Program-made: the position numbers and the translations under genes
Shown: one piece after another, positions 17,958 through 26,306 of the stretch
How the letters are laid out: the number at the start of each line of letters is the position of its first letter
Position numbering within the stretch: position 1 is the first letter of the stretch
IMG/VR virus record: IMGVR_UViG_3300025652_000032
Location: 32,001-96,000 of that record
Length of the DNA: 64,000 nucleotides
Direction: 5' to 3' (one strand)
Origin: a virus
The notes under the pieces: model-generated
The model's database searches: none
Seen by the model: only the letters and a program-made list of their open reading frames with translations
What the model was told of the DNA's origin: nothing

Positions 17958-18718
17958 GCTCCAACATTCCAAAAAAGTGCGCCGGGACTAGCATGTTCTT
18001 TGATGAACTGCCATGCCTTAGCGTCATAGGTAATCGCTGATGGAAAAGGTGGTATCACCTTTGCGGGTTTATTAAAAGCAATCTCGCACTTGTACGTCTT
18101 TGCTCTTCCGTAATTTCCTTTGTGTCCAACGGTAACACAATGAAAGTCTGCATCTGGCCAAGCGAGTTGGAGTCCTCGCGTAAGGGTTCCTGATGAACCG
18201 ACTGTCCATACTTCGTTTGGTCGAACATCGCACCGTAAAGCAACCCTAATGATGGAAGCGACAACAGTAGGATGGTCAAAACCAATAGGGAGTAATGCAC
18301 GGCGGTTTCTATCTTCTGCAACATAATCTCTTGCTCTCTTTTCTGTGACACTCAACATCCCGTTGGGTATCCATTTCATTATAGCACCTTCATGTATTGC
18401 TTGCAACTGATAATCATGAAGTTTATCCCATGCCCTTTCGGCCATGAAAACTACTGCCTTTTTACCATATCTGCGGCATAAGGAAGCAAGAGAAATCTGT
18501 GCGTACCCAGTTGCCGGAGAACTCCCATATACCCATTCTTCGATCTCCTCGTTAGATTTAATTAAGTAATCGGCGAATCGCATCTTCGATCCACCACCAA
18601 GTAGGTCATCACGAACAACTTGTATACCTTCGTGTTCCTCAATCACGGGATCGGGCAACGTGTCTTGCCAATCACCAATCAGAGGAAGGTAGTCATCAAT
18701 TGTTTCTTGGAATAACAT
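17954..18718 (-). CDS. PLP-dependent fold-type II enzyme (ACC deaminase / D-Cys desulfhydrase-like)
   Basis: VVRDDLLGGGSKMR (PLP Lys), GYAQISLA, WTVGSSGTL phosphate loop, YDAKAW, LFWNVG. Confidence 0.8.
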   Translation of the reverse strand: MLFQETIDDYLPLIGDWQDTLPDPVIEEHEGIQVVRDDLLGGGSKMRFADYLIKSNEEIEEWVYGSSPATGYAQISLASLCRRYGKKAVVFMAERAWDKLHDYQLQAIHEGAIMKWIPNGMLSVTEKRARDYVAEDRNRRALLPIGFDHPTVVASIIRVALRCDVRPNEVWTVGSSGTLTRGLQLAWPDADFHCVTVGHKGNYGRAKTYKCEIAFNKPAKVIPPFPSAITYDAKAWQFIKEHASPGALFWNVGA

Positions 18719-18719
18719 A

Positions 18720-20435
18720 TCACACCATCTTACTAAAGTTGTTCTTCTTTACAAAGGTCATGGCATCCGGGAACTTGTCCACCAACTGATCAGACTTGTG
18801 ACTGATCACAAAGATGTTGCAGTTCTTGCCTAGTTCATGCAGTAACTTAATGAACTCTTCGGTTCCGCCGGCGTCCAGAGATGAATCAAACACTTCGTCT
18901 AGAATTAGAAGGTTTGTGTTTGCACTGTTCTTCATTCTGGCAACTTCTCTCCACGCCAGAAGAAGTGCAAGATCAATCCGCATCTTTTCGCCCTCACTGA
19001 AACTCATGTAACTGAACTCATCTCTGTGCCGACTCTTGATTGTCTCATTGAAGTTTTCATCTAATGTAAACTTAACAAAGAAGTCCATGGCAGTAAGATA
19101 CTTGTTGATCAGTTTGTTCATGATCGGAAGGTAATACTTAATGATCTTTGCTTTGATTCCCTTGTCCTTCAGGAGATCAAGAACAACAGATAAATTATAC
19201 AACTCTTTAGTTGCCTCATCAATTTGTGTTTTGAAATCTGAAGTCTTTTGTCGCAGTTCTTCTAGACGTTCCCTTTCTTCTACAAGATTACCACGCTCCG
19301 TCATGATCTCGGTAATGTCTTTCTGTAGTTTGCTGGCATACTTCATCAGAGAGTTTTGTGAATGGGTTTCCTGTGACACATCATTCTGTAGTTTACCCAC
19401 TGTCTTCATGATCTGTTGTGTTTCTGAAAGAACTGACTCTTTAGTTTTCAATTGATCAGCAAGTGTAACGATACCCTCAGCAATCTCATCGATCTTTTCT
19501 TTCTTACCAGAGACACATGTTGTCTTGTGTTCTTCGTTTATCTCTTGACCACACGTTGGACAGTTATCGTTATCTGTATAGAAGGTGATTTCCTTTTCAA
19601 GTCTCTTAATATTCTTTTCCATCTGACTAGAAAGATTATCTAGTTTTCGGATTTCTCCTGTCAACGTATCACTGGAATCACAATTCTCTAGGAGTTCATC
19701 TACAGTATCCTGAATACCTTTGACTGCCTCTTGTGACAGTGCTATCTGTGACTGAGTTTCTTTCAGTTCATCTTCGCACTTTTTGATAGATGAGTCTGAT
19801 TTATCCTCGATTGTTTGAATGAACTTTTCTTGTTGAGATATACGATCGGATGTCAAAGTCATTTGATATTTAAGATCTTTTGTCTCGTCTTTATTTGTGG
19901 AGATCTTACCCTTGATCAATGTATTCATTATGGAGAAAATATTAATGTCAAGGATATCCTCAATCACATCACGACGATCGGCCGCAGACAACTGCATAAA
20001 GGGAATGAAAGATGAAGAACCAAGAATCACAACCTGAGTAAATGACTTGTAGTTCATTTTCAAGATCTGTTCTTCAAGCATTCGTTGGTAGTCCTTTGCT
20101 TTTGAGTCTTGATCAAGTAGTTTACCGTCGTGATATATTTCGAATAACTTCGGAGCAATACCGCGACACACTTTATACTCAGACTTACCAATTGTAAATT
20201 GAACCTCGACGTAACAATCCTTCTGGTTAATACTATTGACTAACTGAGGAAGGTTGATCTTTCGAAAAGGTTTTCCAAACAATGCAAAGGTAATAGAATC
20301 AAGCAACGCGAACGATTTACCGTTTCCGTTGTTGCCTGAAACTAATGTAGTTTTCTTATTTTTTAAATCGATGGTGGTAAGATAGTTACCAAACGATCCA
20401 AAGTTTTTGAACCGAACATAATCAAATAAAATCAT
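18720..20435 (-). CDS. gp46: Recombination endonuclease ATPase subunit (SbcC/Rad50-like)
   Basis: GNNGNGKS, CPTCGQ zinc hook, FSEGEKMRIDLAL, LILDEVFDSSLD. Confidence 0.97.
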   Translation of the reverse strand: MILFDYVRFKNFGSFGNYLTTIDLKNKKTTLVSGNNGNGKSFALLDSITFALFGKPFRKINLPQLVNSINQKDCYVEVQFTIGKSEYKVCRGIAPKLFEIYHDGKLLDQDSKAKDYQRMLEEQILKMNYKSFTQVVILGSSSFIPFMQLSAADRRDVIEDILDINIFSIMNTLIKGKISTNKDETKDLKYQMTLTSDRISQQEKFIQTIEDKSDSSIKKCEDELKETQSQIALSQEAVKGIQDTVDELLENCDSSDTLTGEIRKLDNLSSQMEKNIKRLEKEITFYTDNDNCPTCGQEINEEHKTTCVSGKKEKIDEIAEGIVTLADQLKTKESVLSETQQIMKTVGKLQNDVSQETHSQNSLMKYASKLQKDITEIMTERGNLVEERERLEELRQKTSDFKTQIDEATKELYNLSVVLDLLKDKGIKAKIIKYYLPIMNKLINKYLTAMDFFVKFTLDENFNETIKSRHRDEFSYMSFSEGEKMRIDLALLLAWREVARMKNSANTNLLILDEVFDSSLDAGGTEEFIKLLHELGKNCNIFVISHKSDQLVDKFPDAMTFVKKNNFSKMV

Positions 20436-20441
20436 TCCTGA

Positions 20442-20885
20442 TCAACTCTCCGTGGTATCTGGTTGATTCTTTTCTATTGCAGCGAGACGCTCTCGCTCTA
20501 GTCTGGCCGCCTCACACGGCGCACACTTCTTCTCTGGTTCAGATCCATTTCGTGCAGGGGTTCCTTTTGATGCACGGTGTAATCTCTGTTTCATTAATTC
20601 TTCTCGTAGTTTCTTTTGTTCTGGTGTCAAAAGTTCCTCCGTTGCTGCTGCAAAATGTGCCTTGATGGTTTCGTTTTCTCCGGCCTGTTGCTTTGCTTTT
20701 GCCTCTTGCGAGACTTTCATTGCTTCTCGGAACCACTTATATGGAAACTTCTTGTTTAACCATGCCTGTCGTCCTTGGCAACCACATCCCGGTTTCTGCT
20801 TAACTAATCCAAAGGTAGTCACTTCAATTGCCTTTTTTACGGTATCACCCAAACCACGACTTCGCTTTTTTTTATTATCACTCAT
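20442..20885 (-). CDS. Hypothetical protein with GLGDTV...CGC...LNKKFPY phage motif
   Basis: 147-aa ORF coupled to gp47 (ATGA overlap); second Cys pair CAPC near the C-terminus. Confidence 0.7.
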   Translation of the reverse strand: MSDNKKKRSRGLGDTVKKAIEVTTFGLVKQKPGCGCQGRQAWLNKKFPYKWFREAMKVSQEAKAKQQAGENETIKAHFAAATEELLTPEQKKLREELMKQRLHRASKGTPARNGSEPEKKCAPCEAARLERERLAAIEKNQPDTTES

Positions 20886-21937
20886 TGTGAAAGTGCCTCC
20901 ATATACACTGAACGAATTAATTCTTTAATCTTACCTGTGTTGACATTTTCAAGTGTGTCAACTTCATTATATATAAGAGTTATTGTGTCTTTCGTCATGT
21001 CAACAACTTCTTCTTCTTCAATTTCTTCCCCATAGTCTTCGACTATGGTCAAGTTCTGTACTTGTGTATCATAGAACTTATCACACAGTTTGTCAAACGT
21101 ATAAGGTTTAGTTTTATTGATAACAAAAATCTTGACATAGGTATTCTTGAAATCATTAAAGTCCATCTTGTTTATGATCTCGTCATAATCGGTCTTTGAA
21201 TCATCATAGTACAAGAAGTGAAATAGTTTGTTTGGGTTCTCAACAAACTCAATTGCTCTTGTTTCTGTATCGAGAACATGAAACCCCTTCTTCTCTTTGA
21301 GATCCGAGAAGGTAATTTGATACTGTGTACCAAGGTAATGAACATTGTTCTGGCTGTGCTTTCCGTGGAAGTGACCAGAGAGAACCATCTCAAATCTTTT
21401 GAGTGGATCATCATCCATTCCCCCATCAAACTTTACACCACGCATCACTTCATAACCATTCAATTCAAAATGACCACCTACGATAGATGCCTTCGTATTC
21501 TTAAGAAACGACAACACATCTTCTCGATTCCTTTTGTTTATCCAAGGAACAAGGGCAATTAATGTGCCGTCGTAATCCACCTCAACAGGCGATTCGTGAA
21601 GGTGGAAATTGTCATACCTGTCACCAAACAATTCTTTCGGTGAATTTAGATCGTTCGTATTCTTAAAGTAAGTATCATGGTTGCCAATAATACAATTGAC
21701 ATTCAATCCATTCTCTCTCATAGGTTCCATGAAGTTTTTGCGAACCTGAGACAGCGTACTGAAGTTAACAAACTTGCGACGATCCATAAGATCACCCAAG
21801 TGAATTACCTCTGTAATATTGTGTTCTTTGCAATACGGAAAAAATATCTCGTCAAAGAACTTGTTTATGTACTCTGCGAAAGTAGTGGAGTCATTGCGAA
21901 CTCCAAAGTGAGTATCATTAATCAACGCAATTTTCAT
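20882..21937 (-). CDS. gp47: Recombination endonuclease nuclease subunit (SbcD/Mre11-like)
   Basis: INDTHFG, LGDLMDRR, IGNHD, GHFH metallophosphoesterase motifs. Confidence 0.97.
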   Translation of the reverse strand: MKIALINDTHFGVRNDSTTFAEYINKFFDEIFFPYCKEHNITEVIHLGDLMDRRKFVNFSTLSQVRKNFMEPMRENGLNVNCIIGNHDTYFKNTNDLNSPKELFGDRYDNFHLHESPVEVDYDGTLIALVPWINKRNREDVLSFLKNTKASIVGGHFELNGYEVMRGVKFDGGMDDDPLKRFEMVLSGHFHGKHSQNNVHYLGTQYQITFSDLKEKKGFHVLDTETRAIEFVENPNKLFHFLYYDDSKTDYDEIINKMDFNDFKNTYVKIFVINKTKPYTFDKLCDKFYDTQVQNLTIVEDYGEEIEEEEVVDMTKDTITLIYNEVDTLENVNTGKIKELIRSVYMEALSQ

Positions 21938-22455
21938 TCAGACTTTTTCCTTTTAGTCTTCTTCTTTGGTTCGAACTTCACCAAATCATTTTCAGTGATA
22001 TCAAAAATATCCGTATACTTCTTATCTTCATCGAAGTAATTATTCTTGAACCACTTCCTAAACTCGCCGAAGTCATCTGCCTCAATTGTTGCCTTATACT
22101 TGATATAATTCTGCTTCTTCTCTTTCTGAATTCTTCGGAGAAATGCAAAATAGATTATCTGAGTGAAGTATGAGAACGGGTTTGTTGACTTCTCTGGATC
22201 GAAGTTGCTTGCATACATTACACAGTTTTCGATGCCGTCACCAATCATATCATCCTTAAAAGGATAATTGATAAAGTTTGGTTTGTATGAAAGGTGTTCT
22301 GCGATCTTCAAAAAACACTCACCCACATAGTCGGGGATGACTGGTTTCGGTTCGCCAGCATCTTCTGCTGCCTTGATCTCTTCTTTCCATTCACACATCA
22401 CACCGAAAAATTCTTTGTTGTCGATGTAATGGTTTGCTTTTTTCTTCTTTGCCAT
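21934..22455 (-). CDS. gp55: Late-transcription sigma factor
   Basis: HYIDNKEF, YVGECFLKIAEHLSYKPNFINY, NPFSYFTQIIYFAFLRRIQKEKKQ. Confidence 0.97.
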   Translation of the reverse strand: MAKKKKANHYIDNKEFFGVMCEWKEEIKAAEDAGEPKPVIPDYVGECFLKIAEHLSYKPNFINYPFKDDMIGDGIENCVMYASNFDPEKSTNPFSYFTQIIYFAFLRRIQKEKKQNYIKYKATIEADDFGEFRKWFKNNYFDEDKKYTDIFDITENDLVKFEPKKKTKRKKSE

Positions 22456-22480
22456 GATGTACTTCCTTGTCCTTGTTAAT

Positions 22481-22509
22481 ACTATAGTCTATGTTTCTCG
22501 CTTTGTCAA
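22481..22509 (-). promoter_or_regulatory. sigma70 promoter TTGACA-N17-TATAGT for gp55
   Basis: -35 at 22504-22509, -10 at 22481-22486; AAGGA SD downstream. Confidence 0.8.
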
Positions 22510-22529
22510 AGAAATAATTAATTTTTTTC

Positions 22530-22558
22530 TTGACAGGTTTTCAATACCTAGTTACAAT
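22530..22558 (+). promoter_or_regulatory. Divergent sigma70 promoter TTGACA-N17-TACAAT (antisense direction)
   Basis: -35 at 22530-22535, -10 at 22553-22558, 17-bp spacer; no credible plus-strand ORF downstream. Confidence 0.65.
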
Positions 22559-22586
22559 CATCTGTGCCAGGTTTCAGAAAGGTATA

Positions 22587-23174
22587 TTAAAACTTATCTT
22601 CATCTGGCCAATCCTTAAACCTATCGTTGTTGTTGAACCAGTCGTCGTCATCTTCGACCTCTTCGTCGATGTCCTCGGGTTCACCGAGTAGGCCTTGGTT
22701 TAGCATTTGCATGAAAACTTGCGGCGGGATGGCCATATTCATTTGAATGAAATCCTGAAACCGTTGCTGCTCCATCATTTTTTGAGTGAGAGCATCGCGT
22801 ATCATATTTTCTTCGGCAATATTCTTTGGTGGAGTTGCTTGTGGTTTTGATACCTCCGGCAGACCTGCTAGGTTATCGTATGGTGGATCCAAATCGTCTG
22901 CCTCTTTTTGTTTGAGGTATAGATCGACCGTTGGTGTATCTGGGGTTAAAAAGGTTGCAACCCAATCCTCTGGGATTTTGGTGTTGGATTCATTTGTATG
23001 ATCCAACCAATCTCTCAGAATAAGAACATCTCGCCGCATTCCTTCCTGAGTTATTTGTGTTGTCACTTTCATTTGCATAGGGCGTTCGATGAGCAGTTTT
23101 CCTCCTGCTTTGCCTTTGATGCGGGTGATGATATCATCGCCGCTTCTTAATTTTAAAATTCGGTAGGGTGTCAT
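22587..23174 (-). CDS. Conserved T4-like hypothetical protein between uvsW and gp55
   Basis: RILKLRSGDDII N-terminal motif, acidic tail; syntenic position typical of marine T4-like phages. Confidence 0.7.
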   Translation of the reverse strand: MTPYRILKLRSGDDIITRIKGKAGGKLLIERPMQMKVTTQITQEGMRRDVLILRDWLDHTNESNTKIPEDWVATFLTPDTPTVDLYLKQKEADDLDPPYDNLAGLPEVSKPQATPPKNIAEENMIRDALTQKMMEQQRFQDFIQMNMAIPPQVFMQMLNQGLLGEPEDIDEEVEDDDDWFNNNDRFKDWPDEDKF

Positions 23175-23187
23175 TCTATCTCTCCTC

Positions 23188-24681
23188 CTAAATTTTAATA
23201 TTTACTTGTCGAACTTTAAATTGCTCAGACTTGTAAATCTTAATTCGTTCTATAAAGTGCCTTAGAGTATGATTTTTATATGACTTCCAACTTAGATCAT
23301 CTCCAATGTCATATAGGTGTGCCGTTTTCTTATCGTCTGACTTCCTTAACTGCCTTCCTATACTTTGTAAAACTCGAATTCTGCTTTTCGATGGGGATGC
23401 GAAAATGATATTATGTAGTTTGCGAATAGAAATTCCCGTACTAAACGTACCATAAGACGCCACAATTATAGCGTCGTTTTCTTTCTCTGTAATTTTCCGA
23501 ATCTGTTCTCTGGTTTCAACATCTGTGCCTCCATGAACAAAGAAGATTTTACGGTCTGGATTCTTCTTCTCTAATATACTATGTAGGTATTTCCCGTGGT
23601 TATCTACGAATTGAAACAGAACAAGAGTATTTCCCTTGAGTGAAAGTGCCATATCACGAATGAAATTGTTTCGTTTTTCGTTAAACACCAACCATTTCAT
23701 CTCGTCCTGATACTTTAATTTTTTTGCTTCTTTTTTCTCTTCATCTGAGTAAGACAGAAGAATAGAATCAATCTCCAATGATGAAACCAGATCCTTATCC
23801 ATCAATGACTTTGTGGAGATAACATTGTATGTCGGTCCAAACAAACCTTCGATTACTAGTTTGTGTGTTGTCGTACCATCAAGAGTTCCTGTTGTCCCGA
23901 TTCGATATGGACAGTCGGTTAACTTTGTCATAAGAGTAGTGAGTGACTTCGCCTTGAACAAGTGACACTCATCTCCGAACACAGCACCGAACTGATCGAA
24001 GTATTCTTTCGGTTGCTTGTATATGCTTTGCCATGTAGACACAACAACACGCTTGTCTGTGTTCTTGTCTCTGCCAGCAAAGATGGCATGGCAGTTCTTT
24101 TTAGCATTCCATTTATTAATTTTAGAATAATCTGAAAAATCTGACAACATTTGAGAAACCAATGATGTCGTAGGGACAATGATCAGAAGTTTCTTATCTT
24201 CTGGGATGATGTCCATGTAGTAACGAATCAAAGAATAGATAATCAAACTCTTACCAGAGGCAGTAGGAGACAGAAGAAGACACCTATCAGAATTCATTGC
24301 GTGTGTTACCGCATCAACCTGATGATCATGTGCTTCGATTGCCTCGCCATTTGCATGTGGTTTCAGAAAGTCGTTTATATACTTTTTCGTTTCGTCGGAT
24401 GTTTTTCGTTTGCCTTTTTTCTTGGGTATATCCAACGAGTATGAATACTGACGATCTTCTGCGAACTTGACAACATAAGACAACAAACCCTTGTATAGAG
24501 TTTGATCGAAGACGTTATATAATTTGATAGTGCCGTCCCACATCCGGTTACGGTATTGGGGCATGAATTTATAACCCGGAACTTTGAACGTGAAAAAGTC
24601 CGAAAGTTCCTTGGATATACTTCGTTCACATCGAATCTTGATATGAACGGAGTCAACATGTTCAATAAACAAATCACTCAT
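23188..24681 (-). CDS. uvsW: UvsW SF2 DNA helicase
   Basis: SPTASGKS, GDECH, GTTGT, STGISI, QSIGRQLR; likely start MSDLF at 24681. Confidence 0.97.
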   Translation of the reverse strand: MSDLFIEHVDSVHIKIRCERSISKELSDFFTFKVPGYKFMPQYRNRMWDGTIKLYNVFDQTLYKGLLSYVVKFAEDRQYSYSLDIPKKKGKRKTSDETKKYINDFLKPHANGEAIEAHDHQVDAVTHAMNSDRCLLLSPTASGKSLIIYSLIRYYMDIIPEDKKLLIIVPTTSLVSQMLSDFSDYSKINKWNAKKNCHAIFAGRDKNTDKRVVVSTWQSIYKQPKEYFDQFGAVFGDECHLFKAKSLTTLMTKLTDCPYRIGTTGTLDGTTTHKLVIEGLFGPTYNVISTKSLMDKDLVSSLEIDSILLSYSDEEKKEAKKLKYQDEMKWLVFNEKRNNFIRDMALSLKGNTLVLFQFVDNHGKYLHSILEKKNPDRKIFFVHGGTDVETREQIRKITEKENDAIIVASYGTFSTGISIRKLHNIIFASPSKSRIRVLQSIGRQLRKSDDKKTAHLYDIGDDLSWKSYKNHTLRHFIERIKIYKSEQFKVRQVNIKI

Positions 24682-24687
24682 ACCTAC

Positions 24688-24695
24688 TATGTATG
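24688..24695 (-). promoter_or_regulatory. Late-promoter-like element CATACATA upstream of uvsW
   Basis: Just upstream of the SD/ATG; T4 uvsW is late-expressed. Confidence 0.45.
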
Positions 24696-24697
24696 AG

Positions 24698-25192
24698 TTA
24701 AGGGAAGAACGATCTTCCTCTGATTTTGATTTCAATTTCATCATGGGTAAAAACTTTACCTTCATAGTATTCTACATCGACACCAAATCTGTTCAGGAGG
24801 TTAAGACCAACCTGACATGACTTTCTTGATTGTGTTGGTACTTTGTCGAGAGCATTTTTATGATATACGACTTTAACAATACCGGCATCTTTGATGTACT
24901 TGCAAGATCTAGGAGACGATCCCCAAGGAACAAATAGTATCGTACCTTCTGTTGGTAGATTCGCCATTTTAAATTTATTGATTACGTTTACTTCTGCGTG
25001 TTCTGATAAGTAACGAAGATACTGTGGTGCAGACATCCACTCTTGGTAGTTTTGTATTGTATTAGAAGCACCACCAAGAATTTCTCCTTGGTGTTCAAAA
25101 CCGATACCAGCGGCATTTTTATCTATTGGGTTTGTACTATTACAGGCAATTCTATATACTTGCCTAAAGTACAGTCGGTGTGCTTCGTTCAC
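24698..25192 (-). CDS. dCMP/cytidine deaminase-family protein with degenerate Zn site
   Basis: HAE motif and AGIVKVVY present; the expected CxxC reads SPRS; GTG start. Confidence 0.7.
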   Translation of the reverse strand: MNEAHRLYFRQVYRIACNSTNPIDKNAAGIGFEHQGEILGGASNTIQNYQEWMSAPQYLRYLSEHAEVNVINKFKMANLPTEGTILFVPWGSSPRSCKYIKDAGIVKVVYHKNALDKVPTQSRKSCQVGLNLLNRFGVDVEYYEGKVFTHDEIEIKIRGRSFFP

Positions 25193-25629
25193 TATGAAAC
25201 TCCGTTAGTAAACTTCTTCCATTCGATGGCATTACGGATCTTCCAGTGCCTATTGTTCAGTTCTTTGATGAACGACTCGACGTAGTTTAGTTTCTCTTTT
25301 GCAAGAACCATTTTGTCTTGCATAAGACACAGATCATCGTCGGAGTCTAGGTATAGATCAAGATCTTGCTTTAGAATTTTAAGGTCAAAGGGTTCCCACT
25401 CAAGGCGTTCCAGATCTTCTTCTGACATTTTGCCTGTGTAGTATTCCCACTTGATTCTCTTTAGAGATCTATAGTCTCGTTCGACCTTAGATAAATCGAA
25501 CTTACACTCCATGAGAATATTCATGTACTTATTATGCAGTTGTGGAATCTTGAGAGATTCAATATCCAGTGCCGTATCGTCAAGAACAGAATCTCTCTCT
25601 GCCATACGCCGTAGTTCATCAAGTTTCAT
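25192..25629 (-). CDS. uvsY: Recombination mediator UvsY
   Basis: ESLKIPQLHNKY, KWEYYTGK, YLDSD, IRNAIEWKKF; start 25629 with GGAGG SD. Confidence 0.95.
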   Translation of the reverse strand: MKLDELRRMAERDSVLDDTALDIESLKIPQLHNKYMNILMECKFDLSKVERDYRSLKRIKWEYYTGKMSEEDLERLEWEPFDLKILKQDLDLYLDSDDDLCLMQDKMVLAKEKLNYVESFIKELNNRHWKIRNAIEWKKFTNGVS

Positions 25630-25653
25630 AGTATACCTCCTGTGTGATACTAA

Positions 25654-25681
25654 AGTATACCACACTCACATCAAAAGTCAA
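25654..25681 (-). promoter_or_regulatory. sigma70 promoter TTGACT-N16-(TG)TATACT for uvsY
   Basis: Extended -10 (TGn); the -35 overlaps the gp3 stop codon. Confidence 0.7.
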
Positions 25682-26223
25682 GGCAGTATTTCACTCACTT
25701 CATAGTAAGTGTATGCAAATGTTGCCGTTGCTAAGATAGGTCCGGGATCAGTATTGGCACTATCGAATTGAATCTCTGTGAGACTGGTAGGGAACATCCG
25801 AGAAAATTCTATACGACGAATGGCCTGCATCTTATTGTTCATCACTAGAATACTGGCATCAGAAAATTGATCTGCTGGTGCTGCTACTCGATCGAACCTG
25901 TCTGTTGCCTTTGTGCTAATCAACCAGTTATATACTTCCAACCAGTTGTTCATGTTTTCGTCTATGATAAACGAAACGGCCAGTGGTTGGTATGTGAAGT
26001 CTTGTCCGGGTAGAGGTGAGTTGATAAGTGCTGTTGGTTGAAATGCTGCTGCACTATCGACGCCTGGTATCTGAACCGACTGAACGAAGTAGTTTAGTGT
26101 GGGTGTTTTTGGACACGAAAACTGAAACGAGATAGGTTGTAGATAACTCTCGTTCGTAATAGTACGATTGTTTACGTCCAGACTCACACCTGCTGGTGGA
26201 ATATTTGGTAGTGGTTTTGCCAT
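25678..26223 (-). CDS. gp3: Tail tube terminator / tail completion protein
   Basis: YFVQSVQIPG, FIIDENMNNWLEVYNW, FPTSL, ATFAYTYY; position after gp23. Confidence 0.88.
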   Translation of the reverse strand: MAKPLPNIPPAGVSLDVNNRTITNESYLQPISFQFSCPKTPTLNYFVQSVQIPGVDSAAAFQPTALINSPLPGQDFTYQPLAVSFIIDENMNNWLEVYNWLISTKATDRFDRVAAPADQFSDASILVMNNKMQAIRRIEFSRMFPTSLTEIQFDSANTDPGPILATATFAYTYYEVSEILP

Positions 26224-26241
26224 AAGAAATCTCCTCTACAC

Positions 26242-26249
26242 TATTTATA
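26242..26249 (-). promoter_or_regulatory. T4 late promoter TATAAATA
   Basis: Exact T4 consensus upstream of gp3. Confidence 0.85.
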
Positions 26250-26250
26250 C

Positions 26251-26285
26251 AATAAAAAAGGGGAGAGTCACTAGGACTCTCCCCT
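26251..26285 (-). terminator. Rho-independent terminator after gp23
   Basis: 11-bp stem AGGGGAGAGTC/GACTCTCCCCT, 5-nt loop, U-tract on the minus strand. Confidence 0.92.
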
Positions 26286-26306
26286 GATTTACGTTTTACT
26301 TACCGA

